Translations under genes and position numbers: made by a program
Notes under the pieces: model-generated
What the model saw: only the letters and a program-made list of their open reading frames with translations
The model's database searches: none
What the model was told of the DNA's origin: nothing
Shown here: positions 19,812-29,671 of the stretch, piece by piece
Numbering within the stretch: position 1 is the stretch's first letter
Layout of the letters: the number at the start of each line of letters is the position of its first letter
Virus record (IMG/VR): IMGVR_UViG_3300028534_000028
Coordinates: 1,124 to 65,123 of that record
Direction: 5' to 3' (one strand)
Source: a virus
Length of the DNA: 64,000 bases

Positions 19812-20849
19812 ATGAATAAAGTGGCATTCGTTAAAGATCCTCATCTTATGTTTGGGTTTTCTAATAATATTAGGAAACCCTTAGCGAATAGTTCTGGAAA
19901 TAGTTGGGAAAAAAGTATTCGGTATAAATTAGAATTTATAGCTAAAACTATGAAAGACAATGGAATACGTATCTTAATTATGTCGGGGGATGTTTTTGAT
20001 CGATCTAACAGAAGTGATTGGTCATTTAATAAATGGCTGAAACATAAAAGCATATTGTTAAATATTTTCGTACGTGAAGGCATCGAGATTTATTCAGTAC
20101 AAGGTAATCATGATATGTTTGATGGAAAAGATGAAATTAATGACACCGTATTTGGAGAAATGATTGAAAAAGGTATTATCAAACATTTAACTGCTCATCC
20201 ATTAGAGTTTCAAACAGCCGTGGGAATTATTAAAATTCATGGTATGGATTATTCATTTACAAAAGATAAACAAAAAAGAAAGTTTCAGTTGTTGAATGAA
20301 AATTCAAAAGATTATATTAGCTTATGTGTATCACATACCAATATAAGTCCAAATGAAGATCATTTGGTAGATTTTACTTATCTGGAGTTAAGCGAAAATT
20401 TTCCAAATATAGATGTCCATTTATGTGGTCATTATCATTTAGGTTATGAAAGTACTATTTTAAATGATGTTACTTTTATTAATCCTTGGAATATGACCAG
20501 AGTTATTCGTGAATATCAAGTCCGTATGGATAACCATACTCCAGAAGTAGTATTATTAGATTTAGATAGATATAATTCTGATAATATTGATTGGGTACAG
20601 CATGTGGAAATTCCCCATTTACCATTTCATGAAGCTTTTAACGAGGAGGTTATATCAGTACTAAAGGAAAATCAAAAGTTTAAATTTTTCGAGGATTCTT
20701 TTGGTGAAGTTATTAGTCTAGATGGACTTATTGATGAGGATTTAGATGATAATCAATTACTCAGTGTAATTATTAATTCTGTTCTTGGAGATAAGGACAC
20801 TAAAGAAAAACAAGCTTTATTAAATAAAGCTTTAGAATATTTAATTTAA
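19812..20849 (+). CDS. sbcD: Mre11/SbcD-like nuclease
   Basis: DPH, SGDVFD, GNHD, SHT, GHYH calcineurin-like motifs; NPW..TR. Confidence 0.85.
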   Translation: MNKVAFVKDPHLMFGFSNNIRKPLANSSGNSWEKSIRYKLEFIAKTMKDNGIRILIMSGDVFDRSNRSDWSFNKWLKHKSILLNIFVREGIEIYSVQGNHDMFDGKDEINDTVFGEMIEKGIIKHLTAHPLEFQTAVGIIKIHGMDYSFTKDKQKRKFQLLNENSKDYISLCVSHTNISPNEDHLVDFTYLELSENFPNIDVHLCGHYHLGYESTILNDVTFINPWNMTRVIREYQVRMDNHTPEVVLLDLDRYNSDNIDWVQHVEIPHLPFHEAFNEEVISVLKENQKFKFFEDSFGEVISLDGLIDEDLDDNQLLSVIINSVLGDKDTKEKQALLNKALEYLI

Positions 20850-20858
20850 GGAAAAAAG

Positions 20859-21839
20859 ATGAAAAAAATTCAAAAGATTATGGAATTATTAGAAAGTGAC
20901 TATGGAATTAAAGGTACTGCAAAACAAGTACTCGCAAAAAAAGAAATTGCCGAAAAGTTAATTCTTACAACCGAAATGGATCCATTTAATAGTCAAGAGG
21001 ATGCAAAAAAAGTTCTTAAAGTACTTAAGAAGTGCCAAAAAATTGCTACGAAAAATGATTTGATGGATCAAATTGGAGATATTTTAAAATTTCTAGAAAT
21101 GGTTATTCTTGGAAAACTAGAAAACGATTTAAAAGAAAATCCTGAACCAGTATTGAATAAAGAAGAAGCTTTAGAAATCAATAAACTTGCCAATGAGTTA
21201 AGTAATACGTTGAATGAGACATTTGGTGTAATAATTAAAAAAGATACCACTGAAGATAAAGATTATGAATGCGATATTGTCGAATTACCATCTAATTTTA
21301 TAAATGGTAAAGTTGATGAACCAAGTGGGATACGTTTATCGAAACTTATGGAAATTGCTTTCGTAAAAAAGGATAACGGAACTGTTTCATTAACTGCTAC
21401 TAATCTTCCAAAAGAGATTTCTAAAAAGGAATTTAAAAATCTTTTGAAAGCCGATGGTCTTTGGTTAAACAAAGAAACTATTTTAAAAGAAGGTGATCAT
21501 CGTTTGAAAGCTCGAATTTTATATTCGAAGAAATCTATTACTTTACTTTTGGTTGATAAAAATGTAAAAATAGAAACAGGTAATAAAGAAATTATCGCTC
21601 AAAAAATTGTATTGATACAAAAGAAAACCAAAAATGGTAAAGTTAAACTTAAAATTCCTGAATTTCTTAATATTGCCAATATGAAAGTTAAAGATATTAT
21701 AAAAAGTAAAAGTTTGAGAAAATTCTTGAAAGAAGTTGAATTTGACCACTCTTTTGGTTTAGTAGCGAATCAATATTGTATAGACGATCAAAATAACTTT
21801 TACCGTATTTGTATTCCATACAAAAAGAGAACAAAATGA
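20859..21839 (+). CDS. hypothetical protein
   Basis: 326 aa lysine-rich ORF. Confidence 0.7.
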   Translation: MKKIQKIMELLESDYGIKGTAKQVLAKKEIAEKLILTTEMDPFNSQEDAKKVLKVLKKCQKIATKNDLMDQIGDILKFLEMVILGKLENDLKENPEPVLNKEEALEINKLANELSNTLNETFGVIIKKDTTEDKDYECDIVELPSNFINGKVDEPSGIRLSKLMEIAFVKKDNGTVSLTATNLPKEISKKEFKNLLKADGLWLNKETILKEGDHRLKARILYSKKSITLLLVDKNVKIETGNKEIIAQKIVLIQKKTKNGKVKLKIPEFLNIANMKVKDIIKSKSLRKFLKEVEFDHSFGLVANQYCIDDQNNFYRICIPYKKRTK

Positions 21840-22570
21840 AAAGTATTGCTATCATTTCTAGTAGTGGTGGTTTAGATTCAAGTGCCTTAATTTATAAGGT
21901 ACTTAATGAAACTGATTGGGATATCGTTCTAGTTAGTTTTAATTATGGGCAAGTTAATAAAGTGGAACTTATGGCTCAAGAAAAGTTATACAGTATTTTA
22001 AAAGAAAGTAAATTTTCGAATAGAGTACTTATGAGAGCTAAATTAAGAATTCCTCTTTTCGATGATATTGGATTGGTAAATATGCAGGGTATTGATAATG
22101 CTGACCATGAGTACTATACTCCAAGCAGAAATTTATTATTTGGTACTACCGTAGCTAGTTTTGGCGAAGCTATTGCTACTAAGTACGGTTATGATAATAT
22201 CTTTCTTGGTATGGGTTTACATAAACATACCGAAGAAGCTTATGGCGAGGGAGAAGTTTCTCAGTATTGGGATATTACTCCAGAATTTGTCAAAAGACTT
22301 CAATATGTTTTTGATCTTAATGATCAAAAACATATTGAAATTTACGCACCTTATATAGATTCTTATAAAAAGGATATTATTAAAGATGTTGTAAAATATC
22401 AAGTTCCGTATAAAAATACTTGGACTTGTTACGAACCGCAATTAATACAGGATAATGAAAGAGATATCTATACTCCTTGTCTTAAATGCGAAGCTTGTAT
22501 AGAGCGGGAAATTAATGCAAGAGGAATTATCGATAATATTAACGATTATAAAATAGTTTTAGAATCGTAA
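21836..22570 (+). CDS. queC: 7-cyano-7-deazaguanine (preQ0) synthase
   Basis: SSGGLDS, FNYGQ, PSRNLLF, TWTCY...CLKCEAC zinc site; ATGA-coupled start at 21836. Confidence 0.9.
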   Translation: MKSIAIISSSGGLDSSALIYKVLNETDWDIVLVSFNYGQVNKVELMAQEKLYSILKESKFSNRVLMRAKLRIPLFDDIGLVNMQGIDNADHEYYTPSRNLLFGTTVASFGEAIATKYGYDNIFLGMGLHKHTEEAYGEGEVSQYWDITPEFVKRLQYVFDLNDQKHIEIYAPYIDSYKKDIIKDVVKYQVPYKNTWTCYEPQLIQDNERDIYTPCLKCEACIEREINARGIIDNINDYKIVLES

Positions 22571-22677
22571 ATAACTATTAATAGTTTAAGAACTGGCGGT
22601 GGTAGTTTAGTTATTTATATAGATAACTATTGTACTATTAATACACTCAACTATCAATAGTTAACTATTGATAGTTG
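22571..22677. repeat. dispersed palindromic element, copy 1
   Basis: ATAACTATTAATAGTT, TATAGATAACTAT, perfect 30-bp palindrome CAACTATCAATAGTTAACTATTGATAGTTG (22648-22677). Confidence 0.8.
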
Positions 22678-22769
22678 TTATCGAAATACGGAGGATGAAA
22701 ACCTCCTAAAAAAATCAAACATTAAATTAAAAACAGAAAAATTAAAAACAGAAAAAGGAGATCAGAAAA

Positions 22770-25346
22770 ATGATCTATAAAAATTTAACAAACGAGGTCC
22801 TTGACCTCGTAACGGAAAGTATCACGGAAGCAAAAGTAAATGGAATTATTGATAACCACCCAGGCATCTTATTAAAAGTTATCCTTTCGAAAGATACAAT
22901 CCTTAGAAGCATTCTGGAAGATCTTGAAGTTGATATTAATGGTATTTTCAATATTATCGATGACCAAATTAAAAATGATCCTATTAAATATGGCGAAGAT
23001 GCGGATACTTCGTTTGGTTCATTTACTCCAGAATATATCCAACTATTCGACACTGCTCATGAATTAGCTCTTCGCAATATGGATAAATATCTAGCATTAG
23101 ATATTTTGATCATTGCTGGTATTAGCGAAGGAAATCCATTCTATACTTATCTAAATCAATTCCTTGATTTAGATTTACTTGAGATGTATATTAAATCTCT
23201 TCGTGGTGATAGAAAAATAAATGAGAAAAGTTTTAAAGAGCAAAGTTTCTTAACAACTTTTTGTATTAACTTAAATGAGAAATACTTATCCGGTGATTGC
23301 GATTTAGTTCACGGTAGAGTGGACGAAATCGATAGGGTGGCTAATATTCTTAGTAAACGTACTAAGAATAATCCTATTTTAGTTGGAGAACCAGGAGTTG
23401 GTAAAACTGCTATAGCAGAAGGAATGGCAGGTAAAATTGTCAATCATGAAATTGAAAATCTTACAGATGTCGTTATTTGGAATCTTGATTTAACTGTTCT
23501 TATGAGTAATGCTAGTAAAGAAGAAGTTGCTGGTCGTATGAATGGATTGATTAAAGAGATTCAAAGAAAAAATAAATTCGAAGATTCCAAAATCGTTCTA
23601 TTCATTGATGAAATCCATCTTATCGTTGATAATCATGGCGGTATGGATTTAGCAAATATTTTAAAACCTGCTTTAGCTCGTGGGGAACTTAAAACAATTG
23701 GTGCAACTACTACTAAAGAGTACAACAAGTATTTTGAAAAAGATCCAGCAATTCAACGTCGTTTTCAACTCGTGAAAATTGATGAACCAGATGAAGAACA
23801 AACATTAGTTATTTTAAGAGGACTTAGAGAAAAAATCGAAGAGTTCCATAAGATCGAAGTAACGGACGAAGCTTTAGTAGCAGCTGTTAAATTATCTAAA
23901 CGTTATATTACTGATAGATTTTTACCAGATAAAGCAATTGATCTTTTGGACGAAGCAGCTTCTGTAGTAAGTAACTCTAGATTTATCGAAAGTACCGAAA
24001 TTAAAAAACTAAGATTAAAAATTCAAGAACTTGAATTTAAAATTAAAGGTGTTGAAAAAAGTATGGGGTCTTCTGATAAAGAAAGTTTTATTGCAAAACA
24101 GCAATCTTATTGGGAAGAACTTATCGATGAGCTTAGTAAACATAAATTACAACTTGACGAATTGGTAAACGAATTTAAATTAGCTAAAGTAAATCGTCAA
24201 CTAATTATGAAATTATCAAATGAAGTTAAACAAGCTGAGCAAGAAGCTTTCGAAGCAAAAGCTGAATTAGATTTAGATAAAGTAATTGAATTGGAAAAAA
24301 ATATTATTCCAAAACTACTAAAAGAAATTGAAGAAATTGAATCTGGTGTAGTTTCAGTTAATGTCCAAAAAAGTGATATTTCCCCAGTAGTTGAAAACTG
24401 GACAGGTATTCCAATGGAAAAAATCCAAGAAGAAGATTCTAATGAAAATATCAAAAATATTCTTGAGTTATTGAAGGATCGTGTAAAAGGTCAGGATGAA
24501 ACTCTAGAAGAAATTTCTAAAGCTATTCGTAGAAATAGCGCTGGTCTTTCTAAAGAAGGTAAACCAGTTGGTAGTTTTATGTTACTTGGACCAACAGGTA
24601 CTGGTAAAACAGAAACTGCTAAAAGTATTGCGGAAATTGTTTTTGGAGATGCTAAAAATATGGTAAGATTCGATATGTCTGAATTTATGGAACCACATAC
24701 TGTATCTAAATTCATTGGTAGTCCTGCTGGTTATGTTGGGCATGATGATGGTGGACAGCTTACAAACGCAATTAAACGCAATCCATATTCTTTAATCTTA
24801 TTTGATGAAATTGAAAAAGCTCATCCAAAAATCTTTGATATACTTTTACAAGTACTTGATGATGGTAGATTAAGAGATGGTAAAGGTCAAGTGGTAGACT
24901 TCAGTAATACAATAATTGTATTTACTAGTAATATTGGTGGAAGCGATTTAGCTAATATTCCGAATAAAGTTGTTCGAAATAAAGAAAAAATGCGTTTATT
25001 ACAAGAAACTTATAGACCAGAGTTTTTAAATAGATTAGACTGTATTTCGGTTTTTAATAAACTAGATATGGTTAATCTTATTGAGATTCTTAATCGTAAT
25101 CTTGATAATCTTGCTGAAAAACTTTGGAAAGATCGTTATATTAGTATTATGGTATCTGATGAATTTAAAGCTCATCTTATCTCAAGTATCGATATTGAAG
25201 CATTTGGAGCAAGACCTCTTAATAGATTAATTTCGTCTGAAATCGAAGATAAAGTTACCGATTTAATTCTCGATGGAAAATTAGAAATAGGTTCCGAAAT
25301 TATTTTCGAAATGGCGGATGATAAAATTATAGTAGAGGTGATATAA
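22770..25346 (+). CDS. clpB: ClpB-type AAA+ disaggregase
   Basis: [22 protein letters not shown], coiled-coil middle domain, [31 protein letters not shown]. Confidence 0.93.
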   Translation: MIYKNLTNEVLDLVTESITEAKVNGIIDNHPGILLKVILSKDTILRSILEDLEVDINGIFNIIDDQIKNDPIKYGEDADTSFGSFTPEYIQLFDTAHELALRNMDKYLALDILIIAGISEGNPFYTYLNQFLDLDLLEMYIKSLRGDRKINEKSFKEQSFLTTFCINLNEKYLSGDCDLVHGRVDEIDRVANILSKRTKNNPILVGEPGVGKTAIAEGMAGKIVNHEIENLTDVVIWNLDLTVLMSNASKEEVAGRMNGLIKEIQRKNKFEDSKIVLFIDEIHLIVDNHGGMDLANILKPALARGELKTIGATTTKEYNKYFEKDPAIQRRFQLVKIDEPDEEQTLVILRGLREKIEEFHKIEVTDEALVAAVKLSKRYITDRFLPDKAIDLLDEAASVVSNSRFIESTEIKKLRLKIQELEFKIKGVEKSMGSSDKESFIAKQQSYWEELIDELSKHKLQLDELVNEFKLAKVNRQLIMKLSNEVKQAEQEAFEAKAELDLDKVIELEKNIIPKLLKEIEEIESGVVSVNVQKSDISPVVENWTGIPMEKIQEEDSNENIKNILELLKDRVKGQDETLEEISKAIRRNSAGLSKEGKPVGSFMLLGPTGTGKTETAKSIAEIVFGDAKNMVRFDMSEFMEPHTVSKFIGSPAGYVGHDDGGQLTNAIKRNPYSLILFDEIEKAHPKIFDILLQVLDDGRLRDGKGQVVDFSNTIIVFTSNIGGSDLANIPNKVVRNKEKMRLLQETYRPEFLNRLDCISVFNKLDMVNLIEILNRNLDNLAEKLWKDRYISIMVSDEFKAHLISSIDIEAFGARPLNRLISSEIEDKVTDLILDGKLEIGSEIIFEMADDKIIVEVI

Positions 25347-25398
25347 TAACTAAGTGTCGTGAACTAGTTTAGAGATAACTATTAATAGTTATCTCTAA
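25347..25398. repeat. dispersed palindromic element, copy 2
   Basis: TAACTAAGTGTCGT (identical at 43296-43309) and perfect 30-bp palindrome TTAGAGATAACTATTAATAGTTATCTCTAA (25369-25398). Confidence 0.8.
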
Positions 25399-25423
25399 TT
25401 ATTTAAATATAAAAGGAAAAAAA

Positions 25424-25660
25424 ATGGCAAAATTTAAAAAATTTAAAAGATCTGGTTTTAGCGAAATACGATCAGTAACAGATGAAGAAATCAAAATTGG
25501 ACCGGAAGCTTTAAGAGCGGAGGGTATTTCTGTCAGTGAGGTAGATGCTCAAGAAGGTTCTCCCAAACCTGGAGATGTTATAGCAAGAAATCCAGAAGAT
25601 TATAATGATCAATGGTTAGTAGCTAAAAAGTACTTTGAAGAAAATTTCGAGGAGCTTTAA
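25424..25660 (+). CDS. conserved small phage protein (SPK.GD.IARNP..DQWLV..YF..NF type)
   Basis: 78 aa, SD AAGGA; motif pattern familiar from small phage proteins. Confidence 0.7.
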   Translation: MAKFKKFKRSGFSEIRSVTDEEIKIGPEALRAEGISVSEVDAQEGSPKPGDVIARNPEDYNDQWLVAKKYFEENFEEL

Positions 25661-25915
25661 ATGGCAAATTCATTATCACCTTTGATCAAAGATCAATTTA
25701 AAAGATATTTCGTATCTGGAGTTAGTTTAACTGGAGTAAGATAAAAAGATGGTTTTATTAAATGTTCTATGAAATTAGATTATTTTTTAGAAGAATGGCC
25801 TAATGAAATAGAGTGTGGTCCAAATACATATACTTTGGAAAACGTACAAAAATTTAATAACGGTTCCGAACAAACCGATTATTGCCAATCAAATAAAATA
25901 AAAAGGAAAAATTGA
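25661..25915 (+). pseudogene. small gene with in-frame TAA
   Basis: ATG follows the previous stop; TAA at 25742-25744; frame stays open to TGA 25913-25915, which overlaps the next gene's ATG (TGATG). Confidence 0.55.
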
Positions 25916-27387
25916 TGAGAGAAGTTATCAAACACCGTGGAGCAAAATACAAACTAGACGAAAACGAAGTTAATGAAATAATAGATTTTATTATTTCTGG
26001 TGAAGTTAAGTTCGAAGAGTTGGCAAATACTTATCAAGTACAATTACAGTACATTAAAAATATTTTTAATGCTTCTGGGAGATTTAAATATCTTCTTGGA
26101 ACGGATCGATATTTTAAAATGCATGAAACTGTAAAACATGAAAAAGAAATTGCTAAGAATACGGAAATTAAAAAAAGAAATAAGGGAATTGCAGCCTTAA
26201 CCCAACCAGAGTTAGATATTCTTTATTCTAGATTACATAGTGGCGAATCTGGTACAAAGTTATCAAAAATTTATGGTATTGATCAAAGTACTCTTAGTAA
26301 ATTTAAAAACAATAAACTTAAAGTAAGGGGTGATATAATCGGTGGTTATATAGTAGATAATGAAGATAATCCAACCAAAGGAGTAGTTATCGAAACTTTA
26401 AAAGATAATGAGATTAAAGAAGATTTATTAAAACTAGCTAGAAAAACAATCAGCCACAAAGGCGACAAAGTTAAATTAAGTCGTATGGATGCAGACGAAA
26501 TTGTAAAATTTCTCGCTATTGATGAGATGGATGTAGACGAAATTGCAAAATTTCTCACTATTGGTGAGATGGATGTAGACGAAATTGTAAAATTTCTCGC
26601 TATTGGTGAGGTGGATATAGACGAAATTGTAAAATTTCTCACTATTGGTGAGGTAACGTTCGAAGAGTTGGCAAATACTTATCAAGTACAATTACAATAC
26701 ATTAAAAATATTTTTAATGGTACCGGTAGATTTAAATATCTTCTTGGTACCGAAAGATATTTTAAAATGCATGAAACTCAAAAAAAGATTAAGGAAGAAA
26801 AATTAAAAAGAGTATGCCAAATGAATTATTCGAGCAATAATCCAACTCTAAATAAAAATGGTAAAAAAACATTGCGAAGTATGTCTCAAGAAGAATTGAA
26901 TATTCTTTATACTAGATTGCATAACGAAAGAGCAGTTGATTTAATGACTGAATATGGTATTGGTCAAGCTCAGTTAAGTAAGTTTAAACACGATAAGTTT
27001 AAATCTATTAAAGGTAATCTTTTAGTAGACGAGATTGATGAAAAAGCTGAAGAAGTTGCAATTGTAGAAGATAATGAAGATTTACCTTTTCCAGATAACG
27101 AAACTGTTAAAGAAGAACTTTTAAATTTAGCTAGAAAAACAACGGCTGCTAAAAAAATTAGTATTCTTGAAGTACTTCGTAATCATTTGGATTGCGTTGG
27201 TAAATCAAGATTACATGATTTATTAAATCGCGATGAGTATATCAAACATGCGGTACATAATCCATTTATAAATAATATGCAAACTGGTTTATTAATTTAT
27301 GAAGTACTTTATTTAATTACTAACTATAGTACTTTTGAAATTGGTACATTTCTAGAAGAGATTAAAGGAGCCAATTATGAAAGTTAA
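25912..27387 (+). CDS. internally duplicated protein with HTH-like modules
   Basis: Two copies of FEELANTYQVQLQYIKNIFN..GRFKYLLGT.RYFKMHET; LSK.YGI.Q..LSKFK helices. Confidence 0.7.
   Translation: MMREVIKHRGAKYKLDENEVNEIIDFIISGEVKFEELANTYQVQLQYIKNIFNASGRFKYLLGTDRYFKMHETVKHEKEIAKNTEIKKRNKGIAALTQPELDILYSRLHSGESGTKLSKIYGIDQSTLSKFKNNKLKVRGDIIGGYIVDNEDNPTKGVVIETLKDNEIKEDLLKLARKTISHKGDKVKLSRMDADEIVKFLAIDEMDVDEIAKFLTIGEMDVDEIVKFLAIGEVDIDEIVKFLTIGEVTFEELANTYQVQLQYIKNIFNGTGRFKYLLGTERYFKMHETQKKIKEEKLKRVCQMNYSSNNPTLNKNGKKTLRSMSQEELNILYTRLHNERAVDLMTEYGIGQAQLSKFKHDKFKSIKGNLLVDEIDEKAEEVAIVEDNEDLPFPDNETVKEELLNLARKTTAAKKISILEVLRNHLDCVGKSRLHDLLNRDEYIKHAVHNPFINNMQTGLLIYEVLYLITNYSTFEIGTFLEEIKGANYES
26485..26652 (+). 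repeat. 4 x 42-bp in-frame tandem repeat (MDxDEIxKFLxIxE)
   Basis: Units start at 26485, 26527, 26569 and 26611. Confidence 0.9.
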
Positions 27388-28201
27388 TATTGATTATATA
27401 GCTGATCTAAATTTAGATCAGCTATCTTTTGATGGCAATATGGAAGAATATATAGAAACTATTCTTCCTATCGATAAAAGTGATATTTTAATTATCGCGG
27501 GGAATTTAGGTATCGATCCAGTTAAAATTTTAATTTTTCTAAAAAAAATCAGTCCATATTATTATAAAATATTTTACGTTACTGGTCCAAAAGAGTTATA
27601 TTTACCTGGGAACGAATATACATTTAATTGGAATTCATTTGAAAAATTAAATACTTTAAAACGTATATTAAATAATTTTCCAGAATTTGAAAACGTTGTA
27701 CTTTTAGATGGTTTTGATAAACAACGAATAGTTTTAGAAGAATATGATAATCTTAGTATTTCTGGGTTAAGTATGTTCTGGGATTATTCTGGACTACCAC
27801 AAAACTTAAGTACTTGTGAAATAAATGATCTTTATAAAATCATTTTGCCTGATTCAAAAAATATCTTTTTTGGATTAGATAATCATGATAAAAAAAGAGA
27901 ATTGATAGCTTCAAAATTATTTAAAAATAATTTTAAAAAACTCGATAAATTAGAACCAGTCGATGTAATGGTTACGCATTACTGTCCAATAGTTACTAAT
28001 GATTCTTTTCAATGTTTTGATGGGGAATATCATATAGAACGATTACAACCAAAAGTTTGGATTTTTGGAGGGGAATTATCATTTGATGATACATTTTATA
28101 ATACAACTTTATTAACAAATGCCTTTAATCTTAAAAATAAAATTAAAACTTTAACAATACAAACTTCCCAAAATATTCATACTTCGCAAAAGGATAGTTA
28201 A
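27377..28201 (+). CDS. calcineurin-like metallophosphoesterase with degenerate active site
   Basis: DLN, AGN, GPK, THY, GGE in place of DxH, GD, GNH, SH, GHxH. Confidence 0.7.
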   Translation: MKVNIDYIADLNLDQLSFDGNMEEYIETILPIDKSDILIIAGNLGIDPVKILIFLKKISPYYYKIFYVTGPKELYLPGNEYTFNWNSFEKLNTLKRILNNFPEFENVVLLDGFDKQRIVLEEYDNLSISGLSMFWDYSGLPQNLSTCEINDLYKIILPDSKNIFFGLDNHDKKRELIASKLFKNNFKKLDKLEPVDVMVTHYCPIVTNDSFQCFDGEYHIERLQPKVWIFGGELSFDDTFYNTTLLTNAFNLKNKIKTLTIQTSQNIHTSQKDS

Positions 28202-28466
28202 TGAAAACCTTGAAAAACGAATCGTATGGTCAATAGATGTAATTATGGGTTTAATTATAGTTTGCTCATTTCAAAATTTACAACTACAATATTTAAAAGA
28301 TTCGTATTTAAAAAATATCAAAATTTTGGCGGATAATCAAAAAACCTTTAAGGAAAATAATGAAAAAGAAGCAAAGTTATTTGAATCAGTTTCTAAAATT
28401 TTAGATTATCATACAAAACTTATTTTAAAACATCAAAAAAATTTAGTTTCGAAATTCGAAAGGTGA
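28201..28466 (+). pseudogene. small membrane protein, probable frameshift at the start
   Basis: SD AAGGA + ATG 28201 is out of frame with ENLEKRIVWSIDVIMGLIIVCSF..., which is open from 28203; an internal ATG at 28245 could still be used. Confidence 0.4.
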
Positions 28467-28495
28467 AATAAAAATTAAAAAGAAAAGGAATAAAA

Positions 28496-29164
28496 ATGAG
28501 AAATAAGACTCCGACATCTTCAACTGAGATTTTAAAACTCAAAGAGGATATCATGAAATTAAAAAAGCAGGTTAATTTCTATAGATACGATCAATTAACT
28601 GGTTTAAAAACCAGAAATGATTTAGAATATGATTTTAATTATTTGCTCCATAAGCATCAAAATTTTATTATACATTTATGTGATATTAATAATCTTAAAT
28701 CTATTAATACTAAGTATGGTTATGTTGTCGGTGGGGACGCATTAATTAAAAAGGTAGTTCAGAAATTAAAATTATTTTTTGATCATAATTATATTTACCG
28801 TATTGGTGGGGACGAATTTATCATATTTGATTTTAATTTAACCGAATTCAATGATTCAGTAAATGATTTGACTTGCGTTTCTGAAGTAATCGAAGCCGGT
28901 TCATATATGAATATAGGTACCGAACAAGAAATTCTAAATCTGAAAAAAATTATTTCTAAAATGGATAAAAATCTGCGTAAAAAAAAGGCTAGTTCCGATA
29001 GACGTGGGCATAAACAAGAAATAAATGTTAAAAATAAATTGGATCTAAGTATAAATATTTTGAACTACGAACCAGTATTTTTAAAAATAAACGGCGGTGA
29101 AATGTTACTTAAACATTCGGACGAACAACAATTGGTGTATTTAAAAGAAAAGGAAGAAGAATGA
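28496..29164 (+). CDS. GGDEF-domain diguanylate cyclase-like protein
   Basis: YDQLTGLKTR, CDINNLKSIN..YG...GD, YRIGGDEF (aa 104-108); N-terminal coiled coil. Confidence 0.88.
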   Translation: MRNKTPTSSTEILKLKEDIMKLKKQVNFYRYDQLTGLKTRNDLEYDFNYLLHKHQNFIIHLCDINNLKSINTKYGYVVGGDALIKKVVQKLKLFFDHNYIYRIGGDEFIIFDFNLTEFNDSVNDLTCVSEVIEAGSYMNIGTEQEILNLKKIISKMDKNLRKKKASSDRRGHKQEINVKNKLDLSINILNYEPVFLKINGGEMLLKHSDEQQLVYLKEKEEE

Positions 29165-29298
29165 CATTTGGAAAAGCTATCGATCTAATGAAATTAGATC
29201 CAAGTATTAAATTTTAAAGAGAAGGGTGAAATGGAAAAGGCTTGTATATATTTTATGTACGGGCCGAGGATTGGGAAATTTTTCAAAAGACTCAATAA
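29161..29298 (+). pseudogene. DUF2829/Tad2-like remnant
   Basis: MTFGKAIDLMK...F*REG*NGKGLYIFYV-RAEDWEIF; TAA 29215-29217, TGA 29227-29229. Confidence 0.65.
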
Positions 29299-29469
29299 AA
29301 TATAAAAGGAAAAAATTTGGAAACTCCAAATAAATATCAAGAACTAAGTGAGAATTGGATCAATCTTAGAAAAAAGTAAGATGTATTTAAGTATACCCAG
29401 ACGGAGTACTTACTGTAGAAATCCGTTCATGCAATATATAAATAAATTTAAATTTAAAAAGGAAAAAAT

Positions 29470-29661
29470 ATGGAAAATGTAAGTATACCAGATGTAATAG
29501 AAAGAATTCAAATAATACTTAAACATGATGGTTGTAAAAAAACAAAAGGTGAAATTAAAAAATTTTTAGAAAATACTTTTCCAATAGAAATGAATAAAAA
29601 AATAATTTCTATAGAAGATGCTAAAAATCTATATAAAGCTGCTTGGGAAGAATATAATTAA
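29470..29661 (+). CDS. hypothetical protein
   Basis: 63 aa, SD AAGGA. Confidence 0.6.
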   Translation: MENVSIPDVIERIQIILKHDGCKKTKGEIKKFLENTFPIEMNKKIISIEDAKNLYKAAWEEYN

Positions 29662-29671
29662 GGAAAAAAAT

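Noticed and set aside
22690-22706. GGAGG-ATGAAAA-CCTCC hairpin as a terminator
   Set aside because: Short stem followed by an A-run, giving no 3' U-tract on either strand
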